64,000 nt of DNA from Candidatus Nomurabacteria bacterium (GTDB lineage Bacteria > Patescibacteriota > Minisyncoccia > Phycocordibacterales > UBA9973), in NCBI GenBank assembly GCA_026395965.1, contig JAPLXS010000006.1, forward strand, positions 118,683-182,682, read 5' to 3'. This document shows, piece after piece, positions 22,063 to 31,347 of this stretch. The translations under genes and the position numbers were made by a program. Position 1 is the stretch's first letter. The number at the start of each line of letters is the position of its first letter. Under the pieces are notes generated by a model, which saw only the letters and a list, made by a program, of their open reading frames with translations, did no database searches and had not been told where the DNA came from.

Positions 22063-22129
22063 GATAAACAACTCAGAATTAATAATTAATAAAAATTAAT
22101 AATTATCTTTTACTAATCTCTAAATAACA

Positions 22130-22590
22130 GAACTCTAGACCATGACCTCTTTCTCTATCAAAAAAAGTTGCAATGGTTTTAAAGAAATAATATTTAGAAT
22201 TGTAAACTAAACTAAATAACTCTGCCTGTCCTTACCCTTCTAAAGAATTTCTTACGAAAGTAAAGAAAAGACGAGACAAGCATATCTGCCTTGTCGACAG
22301 GGCCGATACCACATCTTGAATCGAGTATCGATATAGATTATTCTTTTGCGCTCCTCTATCAAAGCAGCACGAGAATAAAAAATAAAAACAAAAGAAACAA
22401 AACGGATCTGACCAGAGAGAACTCAATTGAGAAATTAAGAATTAGGAATTAGGAATCCACAAAGGACCACTAATTAAGAATTCAAAATAAATAATTCCGG
22501 CTACAAGCTATTTGGTATTAACAACTTATAGTATTAAATTTTCAATGATCTTCTCTTCCCAAATGTACTTATATAAAACAAGAACATAGG
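22130..22590 (-). promoter_or_regulatory. long structured leader upstream of the S-layer-like gene
   Basis: several nested stems (CCUGUC/GACAGG, GACAAG..UUGUC, CGAUAC/GUAUCG, UUAUUCU/AGAAUAA), repeated UUUGAUAGAG, boxA-like GAUCAUUGAAAAU. Confidence 0.45.
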
Positions 22591-22820
22591 GATACTATAT
22601 ACTACCACATCTAGCAATAAAATACCAGGGGTAATACACATAAATATTATATATGGAGTCATTTAAATATGCAACATATATGACCCAATTACGGATTAAA
22701 AATTAGGAATTAAGAATTAGAAATACGAGCATACAATGAGGCCGTAGTGGGACTTGAGGGTGATACTCAGCTATACCCCTGTTTTGTGATTACATATGGA
22801 TTAAATATCCACCTAGACAT

Positions 22821-22871
22821 TCATTAAAACACTCCCCAGAAAGCTCCGCTTTCTGGGGAGTGTTTTAATGA
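22821..22871. repeat. 24-bp perfect inverted repeat, possible terminator
   Basis: tcattaaaacactccccagaaagc-tcc-gctttctggggagtgttttaatga. Confidence 0.8.
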
Positions 22872-22888
22872 TTCATAATTCATAATTT

Positions 22889-23743
22889 TTAATTCGTAAT
22901 TATACTATACCTGCTCCATCTTTTTGCACCTGTCTTTTTGATGTGTCCTTTAGAGATGAGGGTGTTTAATTCGCGTTGAATTGTCTTTTCTGAACAGTTC
23001 GTGAATGCCAGTGATATGTCTTTTATTGAAATTCCCTCTTCACCGATTTGTATGCCTTTCTTATCTTTTATCATGCTCAATATTTTTGCTGTTCGGTCAT
23101 TTCTGTCTGATAGATTTGTCTCATAAGATTTTATTTTTTGAGGATAAGAAAGCGATAAAGGACTCTTGCGATTTGTAAGAGACATTCCATCTAATGATGT
23201 CCCTTTGTTGTTTGAAAATTGCTCTTTATTGTGATTAAAACTATCTACATTTCCGAGAGATATTTCGCTCTCATTTTCCTCTGGCAGATGAAACATTTTG
23301 TCGTCCAATTTGAAAGTAAAATGTTTGTCTTTCTCTTGGCTTGATTTCAAATCAGAAGCTAGTATAGAGAACTCTTTTTTTAGTATTGAAGTATTCATCT
23401 CTGAGATGAAACCTATAGTATGAGCTATCTCTATAAAAGAAAGTAGTTCGTATATGTGAGTTAGTGATACAGAAATATAAGAATGCTTTTCTACTGGAGA
23501 CAATGTAGAGAGCTTATATATATCGGACAGAAGTTCTACACCTAGTAAACGAAGCTTCCCCTTTAGTGCATCGTCTGTGTCCATGCAATCAGAAACCAAA
23601 TACAAAGCTGTCACTAGCTTCTCTGTCTTTTTGTTTGCAAAATGAGAAACATGTATATTTGACAATGATTTTATATCAGAGACATCAGAATGTCCGTATG
23701 TATTTAAGCTTGTCTTTTGTATGTCTTTTTGATTATTTATCAT
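22889..23743 (-). CDS. putative regulator: N-terminal helical-bundle domain plus C-terminal DeoR-like winged HTH
   Basis: KKTEKLVTALYLVSD helical region; ISIKDIS..CSEKTIQRELNTLISKGHIKKTG wHTH. Confidence 0.75.
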   Translation of the reverse strand: MINNQKDIQKTSLNTYGHSDVSDIKSLSNIHVSHFANKKTEKLVTALYLVSDCMDTDDALKGKLRLLGVELLSDIYKLSTLSPVEKHSYISVSLTHIYELLSFIEIAHTIGFISEMNTSILKKEFSILASDLKSSQEKDKHFTFKLDDKMFHLPEENESEISLGNVDSFNHNKEQFSNNKGTSLDGMSLTNRKSPLSLSYPQKIKSYETNLSDRNDRTAKILSMIKDKKGIQIGEEGISIKDISLAFTNCSEKTIQRELNTLISKGHIKKTGAKRWSRYSIITN

Positions 23744-23840
23744 GTCTTTTTAGTATCACTTGATGAGTACTTATGTCTTTAATGTGTCCATTATACACTC
23801 ATTTTTCTTGAGTGCAATAGGAAGAAAAATGAGTGTATAA
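23691..23840 (-). promoter_or_regulatory. phased TGTC direct repeats and promoter-overlapping inverted repeat
   Basis: TGTC(T/C) starts at 23691, 23711, 23722, 23743, 23774, 23785; ttatacactcatttttctt/aagaaaaatgagtgtataa IR covers a TATAAT box. Confidence 0.55.
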
Positions 23841-23941
23841 AATTAATAATTAGGAATTAGGAATTAAGAATTGAATACAGAAATAATTATAAAATAATTG
23901 AAAATTTGGAATTTTAAATACGAAACACAGGTTCATTTTTT

Positions 23942-23981
23942 AGACGTCGGATATCTATTAGTAAACAGGTGTCCGACGTCT
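23942..23981. repeat. REPIN-like doublet, family A
   Basis: AGACGTCGGATATCT ... AGGTGTCCGACGTCT. Confidence 0.75.
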
Positions 23982-24280
23982 AAAATTGAGCTCCTGATCA
24001 CATTCTTAATTGTTAATTCTTAATTTGTAATTGACCTTAAGTGTGGATAACTTTTACATTAATATAATCCCTAGATGAACAACACCCGAAGCCAATTTTG
24101 ATGTTGGAAGTCTTAAGATTTTAATAGATGGATATGCTATAATGCATACACAAATTGTGATCCAAATTGAGATGGTTTTAAGACAAATTACTGAGTGTTT
24201 TTTAGATTACTAAATTAAATATTATTAACTTAATTAACAAAAGATAGGACCCCACTTACCGAGGAAATATCCCAAGAGAA

Positions 24281-26518
24281 ATGGCAAAAAAAGATAAAGA
24301 AAAAGAAGATGTTGAGAGCACATCCAAACAAGGAAATAGGAAGAATAAAAATATTAAGAAAGTAGAAATGAGAGAAGAGATTCGCATGAGTATTTGGGGT
24401 ATAACTTTTATGTTTCTCGGTCTTTTGATAACCTTATCTGTTTTCAAAATGGCTGGTCCTGTGGGCGATTTTATTTACGATAAATTGAGTGCATTCTTTG
24501 GGCTTGGGTACTTTCTCCTACCTGTACTTCTAGTAGTGATAGGATATTCTTTTTTGAAAAAAGAAAGACCACAAGTTGCAAAAATTCACGCTATCTTTGG
24601 TCTCGCTACACTACTCTCTACACTAGGAATAATGGACCTCGCAGCCAATGGAAAAGAGGCATCGGTCAATATAACTTTTGGTGGGTATCTAGGTAGTATT
24701 GTCGCATGGCCATTCTTGAAACTTTTCGGAGTATATGCAGGGATACTTTTGCTTGGAGCAATACTCATTACCTCTCTTATTATCTTGTGTGACGAGAGAC
24801 CAAACTTGGTAGAACTATTTAAAAAGTTTTGGAGTTTTTTGAAGAGAGATATTCGTACACCAAAAATCGATAATGAAGAAGGGGAAGAAAATTACGAATT
24901 AGAAGAAAATAAAATAGAGACAAAAGAATCAGCAGTAAAAACAAATGTAGTAGAATACGATGAGAACCCCGTAGAAGAAAAACAAGAAGGTCGCGCTTCA
25001 AAGGACACTGCGCGACATGATTCTGCAGAATCAGATATGAAGGTAAAGAAATTTACTACTGACTACATACCTCCCCCAATGTCTCTCTTAGAAAAAGATA
25101 AGGGTAAGCCAAACACAGGAGACATGAAAGGCAACATGAATATAATACAGAGAACTCTCCTCACCTTCGGTGTATCCGTAGAAATGGATGAAGTAACTGT
25201 CGGACCAACTGTTACTCGCTACGCAATGAAACCTGCACAAGGAGTAAAACTCTCACGCATAGTAGGACTTCAAAATGAACTAGCACTAGCACTCTCTGCA
25301 CGTACTATACGTATCGAAGCACCTATCCCTGGAAAGTCACTTGTGGGTATCGAAATACCAAACAAAGTAAAATCTATGGTTGGACTCGCTACACTTCTAT
25401 CTGATGATTTATTCCAAAACTCTGCAAAGCCACTCACTGTCGCACTCGGACGTGGACTATCTGGAAAGTCAGTATTTGGAAACATAGCAAAAATGCCACA
25501 CTTGCTAGTAGCAGGAACAACTGGTTCTGGTAAGTCTGTAACAATACACTCAATCATCACTTCCCTACTCTACAAAAATGGACCAGAAGATTTGAGACTA
25601 ATACTAGTGGATCCAAAAAGAGTAGAACTAACTTTGTATAACAAAATCCCCCACTTACTCACTCCAGTTATTACTGACCCAAAGAAAACAATCTTGGCTC
25701 TAAAGTGGGCAGCAAAAGAAATGGATAGACGCTACGACTTACTCCAAGCTCATTCTGTGCAAAATATAGAATCATACCAATCTAATGTTTATGGAAAAGC
25801 AAAGAAAGATGAGGTTATAGAAAAACTCCCTTATATAGTTATCTTTATCGATGAACTTGCAGATATAATGCAGTCATACCCTAGAGAGCTAGAAAGTGCT
25901 ATCGTTCGTCTTGCTCAGATGTCTCGTGCTGTGGGAATACACTTAATACTATCTACACAGAGACCATCTGTGAATGTCATCACAGGACTAATCAAGGCCA
26001 ATATTCCTACTCGTGTAGCTCTACAGGTGTCATCACAGATAGACTCCCGAACTATTTTAGACCATGGTGGTGCCGAACTACTAGGTGCTGGAGACATGCT
26101 CTACTCTTGTGCAGAAACTCCTCACCCAGAGAGAATACAGAGTGCATTTATATCTGAAGAAGAAGTTAAAAAAGTGGTAGAATACTTACGTAAGGCTTAT
26201 ATAGATGAAATACCTAGTACAATAGAACTATCTGGAAGTATAGATAAAGGAGGAAACAATCTTTTCAATGACAGTATCGGTGGAGATGATGGAGATGATG
26301 ACCTATATGAAGATGCAAGAATGACAGTTATAGAGGCAGGCAAAGCATCTACTTCATACCTACAGAGAAAACTTGGTATCGGATACGCTCGCGCAGCTAA
26401 ACTCATAGATATGCTAGAAGAACGTCATGTAATAGGAGCTGGTAATGGAGCAAAACCAAGAGATGTACTAGAAAAAGGAGTGAATAATACAGATGATATG
26501 ATTATGGGTAAGGAATAA
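24281..26518 (+). CDS. ftsK: DNA translocase FtsK/SpoIIIE
   Basis: N-terminal TMs, GPTVTRY, HLLVAGTTGSGKS, IDELAD, QRPSV, gamma domain ASTSYLQRKLGIGYARAA. Confidence 0.96.
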   Translation: MAKKDKEKEDVESTSKQGNRKNKNIKKVEMREEIRMSIWGITFMFLGLLITLSVFKMAGPVGDFIYDKLSAFFGLGYFLLPVLLVVIGYSFLKKERPQVAKIHAIFGLATLLSTLGIMDLAANGKEASVNITFGGYLGSIVAWPFLKLFGVYAGILLLGAILITSLIILCDERPNLVELFKKFWSFLKRDIRTPKIDNEEGEENYELEENKIETKESAVKTNVVEYDENPVEEKQEGRASKDTARHDSAESDMKVKKFTTDYIPPPMSLLEKDKGKPNTGDMKGNMNIIQRTLLTFGVSVEMDEVTVGPTVTRYAMKPAQGVKLSRIVGLQNELALALSARTIRIEAPIPGKSLVGIEIPNKVKSMVGLATLLSDDLFQNSAKPLTVALGRGLSGKSVFGNIAKMPHLLVAGTTGSGKSVTIHSIITSLLYKNGPEDLRLILVDPKRVELTLYNKIPHLLTPVITDPKKTILALKWAAKEMDRRYDLLQAHSVQNIESYQSNVYGKAKKDEVIEKLPYIVIFIDELADIMQSYPRELESAIVRLAQMSRAVGIHLILSTQRPSVNVITGLIKANIPTRVALQVSSQIDSRTILDHGGAELLGAGDMLYSCAETPHPERIQSAFISEEEVKKVVEYLRKAYIDEIPSTIELSGSIDKGGNNLFNDSIGGDDGDDDLYEDARMTVIEAGKASTSYLQRKLGIGYARAAKLIDMLEERHVIGAGNGAKPRDVLEKGVNNTDDMIMGKE

Positions 26519-26596
26519 TTAGGAATTAGGAATTTAGAAACAATAAGAGGGGTAAAAAATTAGGAATTAAAATACAATAAGAATACAGATACAATT

Positions 26597-26992
26597 ATGC
26601 AATTAAAAACTATAAAAAATAAAAATATGAAATGGTGGCTAGGAACAATATCCTGCGTAACACTATTTTCTATTATTATGATTTTTGGTTATGAAAAAAT
26701 GTTCTTTATGTTCCATGGAGTAAAAATAGAAGCTAGTATGGTACAAAGTGTTGACTCTCCCCTAACGATAGTGTCTGGCAAAGCAGAGAAAGCTATATAC
26801 TTATCTCTAAACGGTAGAGAAATATTTATAGATAAAAAAGGAAACTTTTCTGAATCGATAGCAGTGCTTCCTGGATTTTCTGTAATCACACTTAGCGCTG
26901 AAGATAAATTTGGAAAGACCGCAGAGAAAAAGTTTGAAATGGTTAAAGAAGAAAGTGTGCCAGCAGTAGCATTAGCAGCAACTAGTAACTAG
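26597..26992 (+). CDS. membrane-anchored Ig-like beta-sandwich protein
   Basis: one TM then VSGKA..LSLNG..GNFSESI..PG..ITLSAEDKFG. Confidence 0.65.
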   Translation: MQLKTIKNKNMKWWLGTISCVTLFSIIMIFGYEKMFFMFHGVKIEASMVQSVDSPLTIVSGKAEKAIYLSLNGREIFIDKKGNFSESIAVLPGFSVITLSAEDKFGKTAEKKFEMVKEESVPAVALAATSN

Positions 26993-27159
26993 AAATAAGG
27001 AAACTAAATTTAAATTTAAAATATATCTTTCCAAAGGGTACGAAAATTTTTTACTAAAAATTTTCTGAAGTGTTCGTTTCGACAAACTCACAACCCCCTT
27101 TGATAAGAATATTTTAAATTTAAATTTAGTTAGTAATTTATTAATTAACATAATCATAT

Positions 27160-28242
27160 ATGATAAAAAAAGCAAAAAAGGCTCCAAAAGAAACAGGTGG
27201 TGCAATAGAAGATACAATTAGATCAATCCAAACAAAGTTTGGAGAAGGTGCAATTATGAAACTTGGAGATGCTCCAAAGGTAGACATAGATGTCATTCCT
27301 ACTGGCTCAATAGGGCTAGATATGGCTCTAGGAGTAGGTGGAGTACCAAGAGGCCGTATGATAGAAATATATGGACCGGAATCATCTGGTAAGACTACCC
27401 TAGCACTACACATAGTAGCTGAAGCTCAAAAGAAAGGTGGTGTATGTGCTTATATAGATGCTGAACACGCAATGGATCCAGACTATGCTGCTAAACTAGG
27501 GGTAAACATAAAAGACCTGCTTATATCTCAACCAGACAATGGTGAACAAGGATTAGAGATTACAGAGAGTCTTATTCGCTCTGGCAAGATAGATGTTATC
27601 GTTATCGACTCAGTAGCAGCATTAACACCCAAAGATGAAATAGAGGGAGATATGGGTCAATCACACGTAGGTAAACAAGCACGTCTAATGTCTCAAGCTC
27701 TTAGAAAGCTTACTGCTATAGTTGCCCACTCAAAAACTGTAGTTATATTTATCAACCAGATTCGTATGCAAATAGGAGTCATGTTTGGTAATCCTGAAAC
27801 AACTCCAGGAGGAAAGGCATTGAAGTTTTATACTACTATCCGTCTAGATATTCGCCGTATTGCTCAGATAAAAAAAGGTGAAGAAGTAGTAGGAAGTAGA
27901 ACAAGAGTAAAAGTGGTAAAAAATAAAGTCGCTGCCCCATTTAAACAGACAGAGTTTGATATACTTTACGGTGAAGGAATTTCTCGAGAAGGAGAAATAA
28001 TGGCTCTAGGCGAAAAACTAGGAGTTATCAGTAAATCAAGTGGAGCTATATACACTTATCTTGGAACTGCAAAACAAAAAGAAAAAGGACCGGTAGAAGA
28101 AATAAAACTAGGTCGTGGATATGATGCAGCTCGTACTTTTCTTCGTGGAAACAAAAAACTCTCTGATGAAATACTAAAAGAAGTAAGATTGAGATTTGGA
28201 GAGATACAAAGTACTGGTGGAAGTTCAGGAGATGAAGAATAA
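27160..28242 (+). CDS. recA: recombinase A
   Basis: [49 protein letters not shown]. Confidence 0.99.
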   Translation: MIKKAKKAPKETGGAIEDTIRSIQTKFGEGAIMKLGDAPKVDIDVIPTGSIGLDMALGVGGVPRGRMIEIYGPESSGKTTLALHIVAEAQKKGGVCAYIDAEHAMDPDYAAKLGVNIKDLLISQPDNGEQGLEITESLIRSGKIDVIVIDSVAALTPKDEIEGDMGQSHVGKQARLMSQALRKLTAIVAHSKTVVIFINQIRMQIGVMFGNPETTPGGKALKFYTTIRLDIRRIAQIKKGEEVVGSRTRVKVVKNKVAAPFKQTEFDILYGEGISREGEIMALGEKLGVISKSSGAIYTYLGTAKQKEKGPVEEIKLGRGYDAARTFLRGNKKLSDEILKEVRLRFGEIQSTGGSSGDEE

Positions 28243-28274
28243 GAAGAATTAAGAATTTATAATTACGAATTAGG

Positions 28275-28313
28275 AATACAGAGTGGGTTGCCGAAGGCAA
28301 CCCACTCTGTATT
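28275..28313 (+). terminator. 18-bp hairpin with C-GAA-G loop after recA
   Basis: aatacagagtgggttgcc-gaa-ggcaacccactctgtatt. Confidence 0.65.
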
Positions 28314-28441
28314 TATTTGTGTCCCCTGTTTTAATTTATTAAATATCTATACTGATTCACTAAAATAACCTATGGTAAAATCAATAGATTGGCTTACATA
28401 TGCCATAGTAAATACTTAGCATTTAAAAAATATATTGAATA

Positions 28442-28491
28442 AAATAAACTAACTCACTTTACGCTATAGCGTAAAGTGAGTTAGTTTATTT
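28442..28491. repeat. 50-bp perfect palindrome, family B (core TTACGCTATAGCGTAA)
   Basis: 25-bp arms with no spacer; related copy at 54048-54095. Confidence 0.9.
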
Positions 28492-28629
28492 ATAAAATTA
28501 TTATATGCTAGAAATCTAACGATTCATAGGCTCAATGACCTCTAATATACCCATTAAATATTGCCTTGAGAATAGCAGTACATTCTGTTATAATCGACTT
28601 ATTATTAAATCGCTAGCAACTAATTATAT

Positions 28630-29208
28630 ATGCTTGAATACAGTGAAATTTGTACAAAAAAAATAATAATCTACGAGAATGAGCCATGTGAAGTTATGGA
28701 AAACCATGTAGCCCGTACTCAACAAAGAAAGCCTCAAAATCAGGTAAAGCTAAAGAGTTTACTATCTGGACGTACTTGGAATACAGTATTTCATGCATCA
28801 GACAAGGCAGAGGAAGCAGATATTAGTAAAAAAGAAGTTAAATTCTTATATGCTAGTAAAGATGAATTTTGGTTCTCAAGCCCTACTGATCCAAAAGACC
28901 GTTTTACAATTACAGCAAAAATCATTGGCGATGCATCTAAATTCTTAAAAGCCAACGAAAATGCAACTGCAGTAGTCTGGGATAATGATGGAGAGGAACA
29001 AATCATAAAGATATCTACTCCTATCAAAATGGAATTTGTAATCAAAGACTGTCCACCATCAATAAAAGGAAGTACTGCTTCAGGTGGAGGTAAACTTGCA
29101 ACACTTGAAAATGATGTAAAAGTTCAAGTTCCCTTCTTTATAGAAACTGGCGACAAGGTTATAGTAAATACTGAAACTGGTGAATATGTAGAAAGAGTAC
29201 AGAAATAA
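28630..29208 (+). CDS. efp: elongation factor P (divergent loop)
   Basis: PPSIKGSTASGGGKLATLEN..VQVPFFIETGDKVIVNTETGEYVER. Confidence 0.92.
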   Translation: MLEYSEICTKKIIIYENEPCEVMENHVARTQQRKPQNQVKLKSLLSGRTWNTVFHASDKAEEADISKKEVKFLYASKDEFWFSSPTDPKDRFTITAKIIGDASKFLKANENATAVVWDNDGEEQIIKISTPIKMEFVIKDCPPSIKGSTASGGGKLATLENDVKVQVPFFIETGDKVIVNTETGEYVERVQK

Positions 29209-29393
29209 AAGTTAGTAACTAGGATTTAGAGACTAGGTACTAGCAAATACAAAATATACAGTTGGGATTACCCATTCAAAGGCCGTCGGAAGACGGCCTT
29301 TGAAATTTACAGTGATTAATCTTTCTTTACCGGTCTAAACCTATGGGTTTGATTTGGTAATCTATAAAATATTAAAATACCTGACGAAAAACA

Positions 29394-29423
29394 ATAAAAA
29401 CCACCCGGATGGGTGGTTTTTAT
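29394..29423 (-). terminator. terminator directly after rplK
   Basis: ataaaaaccaccc..gggtggtttttat. Confidence 0.75.
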
Positions 29424-29432
29424 ATTTGAGTA

Positions 29433-29861
29433 TTAGTCTACTATTGTTATTCCTGCTGAGCGAGCTGAACCTTCTATTATTTTCATTGCTCCTTCTATGT
29501 TTTTAGCATTAAGGTCGGGCATTTTCTTAATAGCGATCTCTTTCACTTGAGCTTTTGTGATAGTACCTACTTTTGAAACGTTTGGTTTTCCTGAACCTTT
29601 CTCTACTCCTGCTGCTTTTAATATTAGTCCAGCAACTGGAGGAGTTTTGATTTTGATATCATAAGTTCTATCTTCAAAAACAGTAATAAGAACTCCAACT
29701 GTTTCCCCTGCCATAGCGGCAGTCATTGCGTTAAACTTTTGACAGAATTCGGCAATGTTTACTCCGGCTTGTCCTAGTGCAGGTCCAAGTGGTGGAGCTG
29801 GTGTAGCCTTTGCAGCTGCGATTTGTAATTTTACTTTCTTTATAATTTTTTTTGCTGCCAT
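29433..29861 (-). CDS. rplK: 50S ribosomal protein L11
   Basis: [41 protein letters not shown]. Confidence 0.98.
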   Translation of the reverse strand: MAAKKIIKKVKLQIAAAKATPAPPLGPALGQAGVNIAEFCQKFNAMTAAMAGETVGVLITVFEDRTYDIKIKTPPVAGLILKAAGVEKGSGKPNVSKVGTITKAQVKEIAIKKMPDLNAKNIEGAMKIIEGSARSAGITIVD

Positions 29862-30120
29862 ATAAATAGATAATTAAGAATTAATAATTAGGAATTAAGA
29901 ATCTAGTGATTATTTTCTAGAAAATACTTAATAATTGAAGCTTAGCGTAACGGGTGTAATATAACATAATTGGGCTCATAATACAATGTAGTAAGGAGAA
30001 AGTAGCAGGTAGTAAGGATAAGTGTATTTTAATTAGTTTAAGATTTTTAAAAATCGATTAAATAGTATTAGATGCGAGGCAAAGATGGGCATTATGAATA
30101 TTTTATAATTGAATCAAAAT

Positions 30121-30158
30121 AGACGTCCGACATCTGTTGGTACAGGTGTCGGACGTCT
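30121..30158. repeat. REPIN-like doublet, family A
   Basis: AGACGTCCGACATCT ... AGGTGTCGGACGTCT. Confidence 0.8.
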
Positions 30159-30185
30159 ATTAAGATGATGCTATTTTACTAATAG

Positions 30186-30310
30186 TAAAATTAAAAAAAT
30201 GGCATTAGATGCGAGGCGCAGGCGAGGATTGCGACCAAAATGTATATTGATACATTGCGGAAGCAACCGGAGCCTGCAACAAAGCAGATAATGCCATTTT
30301 TTTAATTTTA
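30186..30310. mobile_element. MITE-like hairpin element with 21-bp terminal inverted repeats
   Basis: taaaattaaaaaaatggcatt / aatgccatttttttaatttta enclosing GCAGGC/GCCTGC, TTGC/GCAA, AATGTAT/ATACATT; partial copy attagatgcgaggc near 30067. Confidence 0.55.
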
Positions 30311-30859
30311 AAGTTTTTTGATTTGTAGGAAGTCTAGCTCAACTGGAGTCTCACGTCCGAACATTGAAACAAGGACTTTTATCTTACCGCGTTCACGGTC
30401 TACATCACTAACCTTGCCTTCAAGGTCTTTAAATGGACCATCTGCAATACGAACCATCTCTCCTACTTCTGTATCTATCTGGTGTTTATTTTTTGAATCA
30501 ACTTTTTCCATTCTACTGAAAAGTTCATCAACTTCATTTTTGGCCAATGGAACTGGATTTACCCCTGCTCCTACGAAACCTGTTACGCGAGGAGTATTTC
30601 TAACTACGTACCATGAGTTGTCGTCTACTATCATATCTACAAGTACATAACCTGGGTAAACTTTTTCCTCAACTTCAACACGCTTTCCAGCTTTTATTTT
30701 TATTTTCTTTTCAACCGGAACAACAACAGAAAATATCTTATCGTTCATTCCAAGTGAATCTATACGCTGTTTCAAATTACGCATAACTGCATTCTCATAA
30801 CCAGCATAAGTATGAATTGCGTACCAATTTCTTTCTCCTCTTAATTCTTGTTTTGCCAT
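30308..30859 (-). CDS. nusG: transcription antitermination factor NusG
   Basis: WYAIHTYAGYE, YPGYVLV, VRNTPRVTGFVG, DGPF, MFGRETPVEL. Confidence 0.98.
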   Translation of the reverse strand: MAKQELRGERNWYAIHTYAGYENAVMRNLKQRIDSLGMNDKIFSVVVPVEKKIKIKAGKRVEVEEKVYPGYVLVDMIVDDNSWYVVRNTPRVTGFVGAGVNPVPLAKNEVDELFSRMEKVDSKNKHQIDTEVGEMVRIADGPFKDLEGKVSDVDRERGKIKVLVSMFGRETPVELDFLQIKKL

Positions 30860-30892
30860 AATATATTAAAAATCTGCCTACCGGCAGGAAGG

Positions 30893-31078
30893 TTATCTTG
30901 TTAATAATAATTTAAGACCTTGTCCAAATATAAAATCTAGAAAACCTAGATAGTACGCAACTATAGCAGATACTGCTAAAACAGAAATAGTAAAATATAT
31001 TGTTTGTTTTTGAGTTGGCCAGGTTACATTTTTACCTTCTGCTATTACTTCTTTTATGTATTCTTTAGTTTTATTCAT
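30893..31078 (-). CDS. secE: preprotein translocase SecE
   Basis: E.KNVTWPT, single TM, upstream of nusG. Confidence 0.9.
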   Translation of the reverse strand: MNKTKEYIKEVIAEGKNVTWPTQKQTIYFTISVLAVSAIVAYYLGFLDFIFGQGLKLLLTR

Positions 31079-31293
31079 CCCATCAGAGATAGTTTCGCCA
31101 AAGTTGAAACGTATCTAATTAAATATTGTTAATAATATAAGCTTTATAATTGTTTTTACTATCTATGTAGAAAATAAATCACACATCTCTAACAGGGACT
31201 TGTATATTTTCTTAGTTCTAGTAAAAAACACCCCGGGGGTGTATTAAATATATATTAACACTTTTATTGAGATAGCGCAATGTAGAACAAAAT

Positions 31294-31331
31294 AGACGTC
31301 CGACACCTGCCGTAGCAGATGTCGGACGTCT
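31294..31331. repeat. REPIN-like doublet, family A
   Basis: AGACGTCCGACACCT ... AGATGTCGGACGTCT. Confidence 0.8.
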
Positions 31332-31347
31332 ATTTTTATGATTTAAA

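Noticed and set aside
22232-22426. 64-aa ORF in the S-layer leader
   Set aside because: TTG start, low-complexity Phe/Cys content, and overlap with predicted RNA stems
22737-22782. Minus-strand stretch with tRNA-like pieces (GGGGTATAGCTGAGT ... TCAAGTCCCAC)
   Set aside because: Too short, no anticodon arm, T-stem and acceptor stem do not pair; not called a tRNA
24042-24050. Perfect DnaA box (TGTGGATAA), with a one-mismatch box near 51312
   Set aside because: Isolated boxes with no cluster and no dnaA/dnaN; not enough to call an origin
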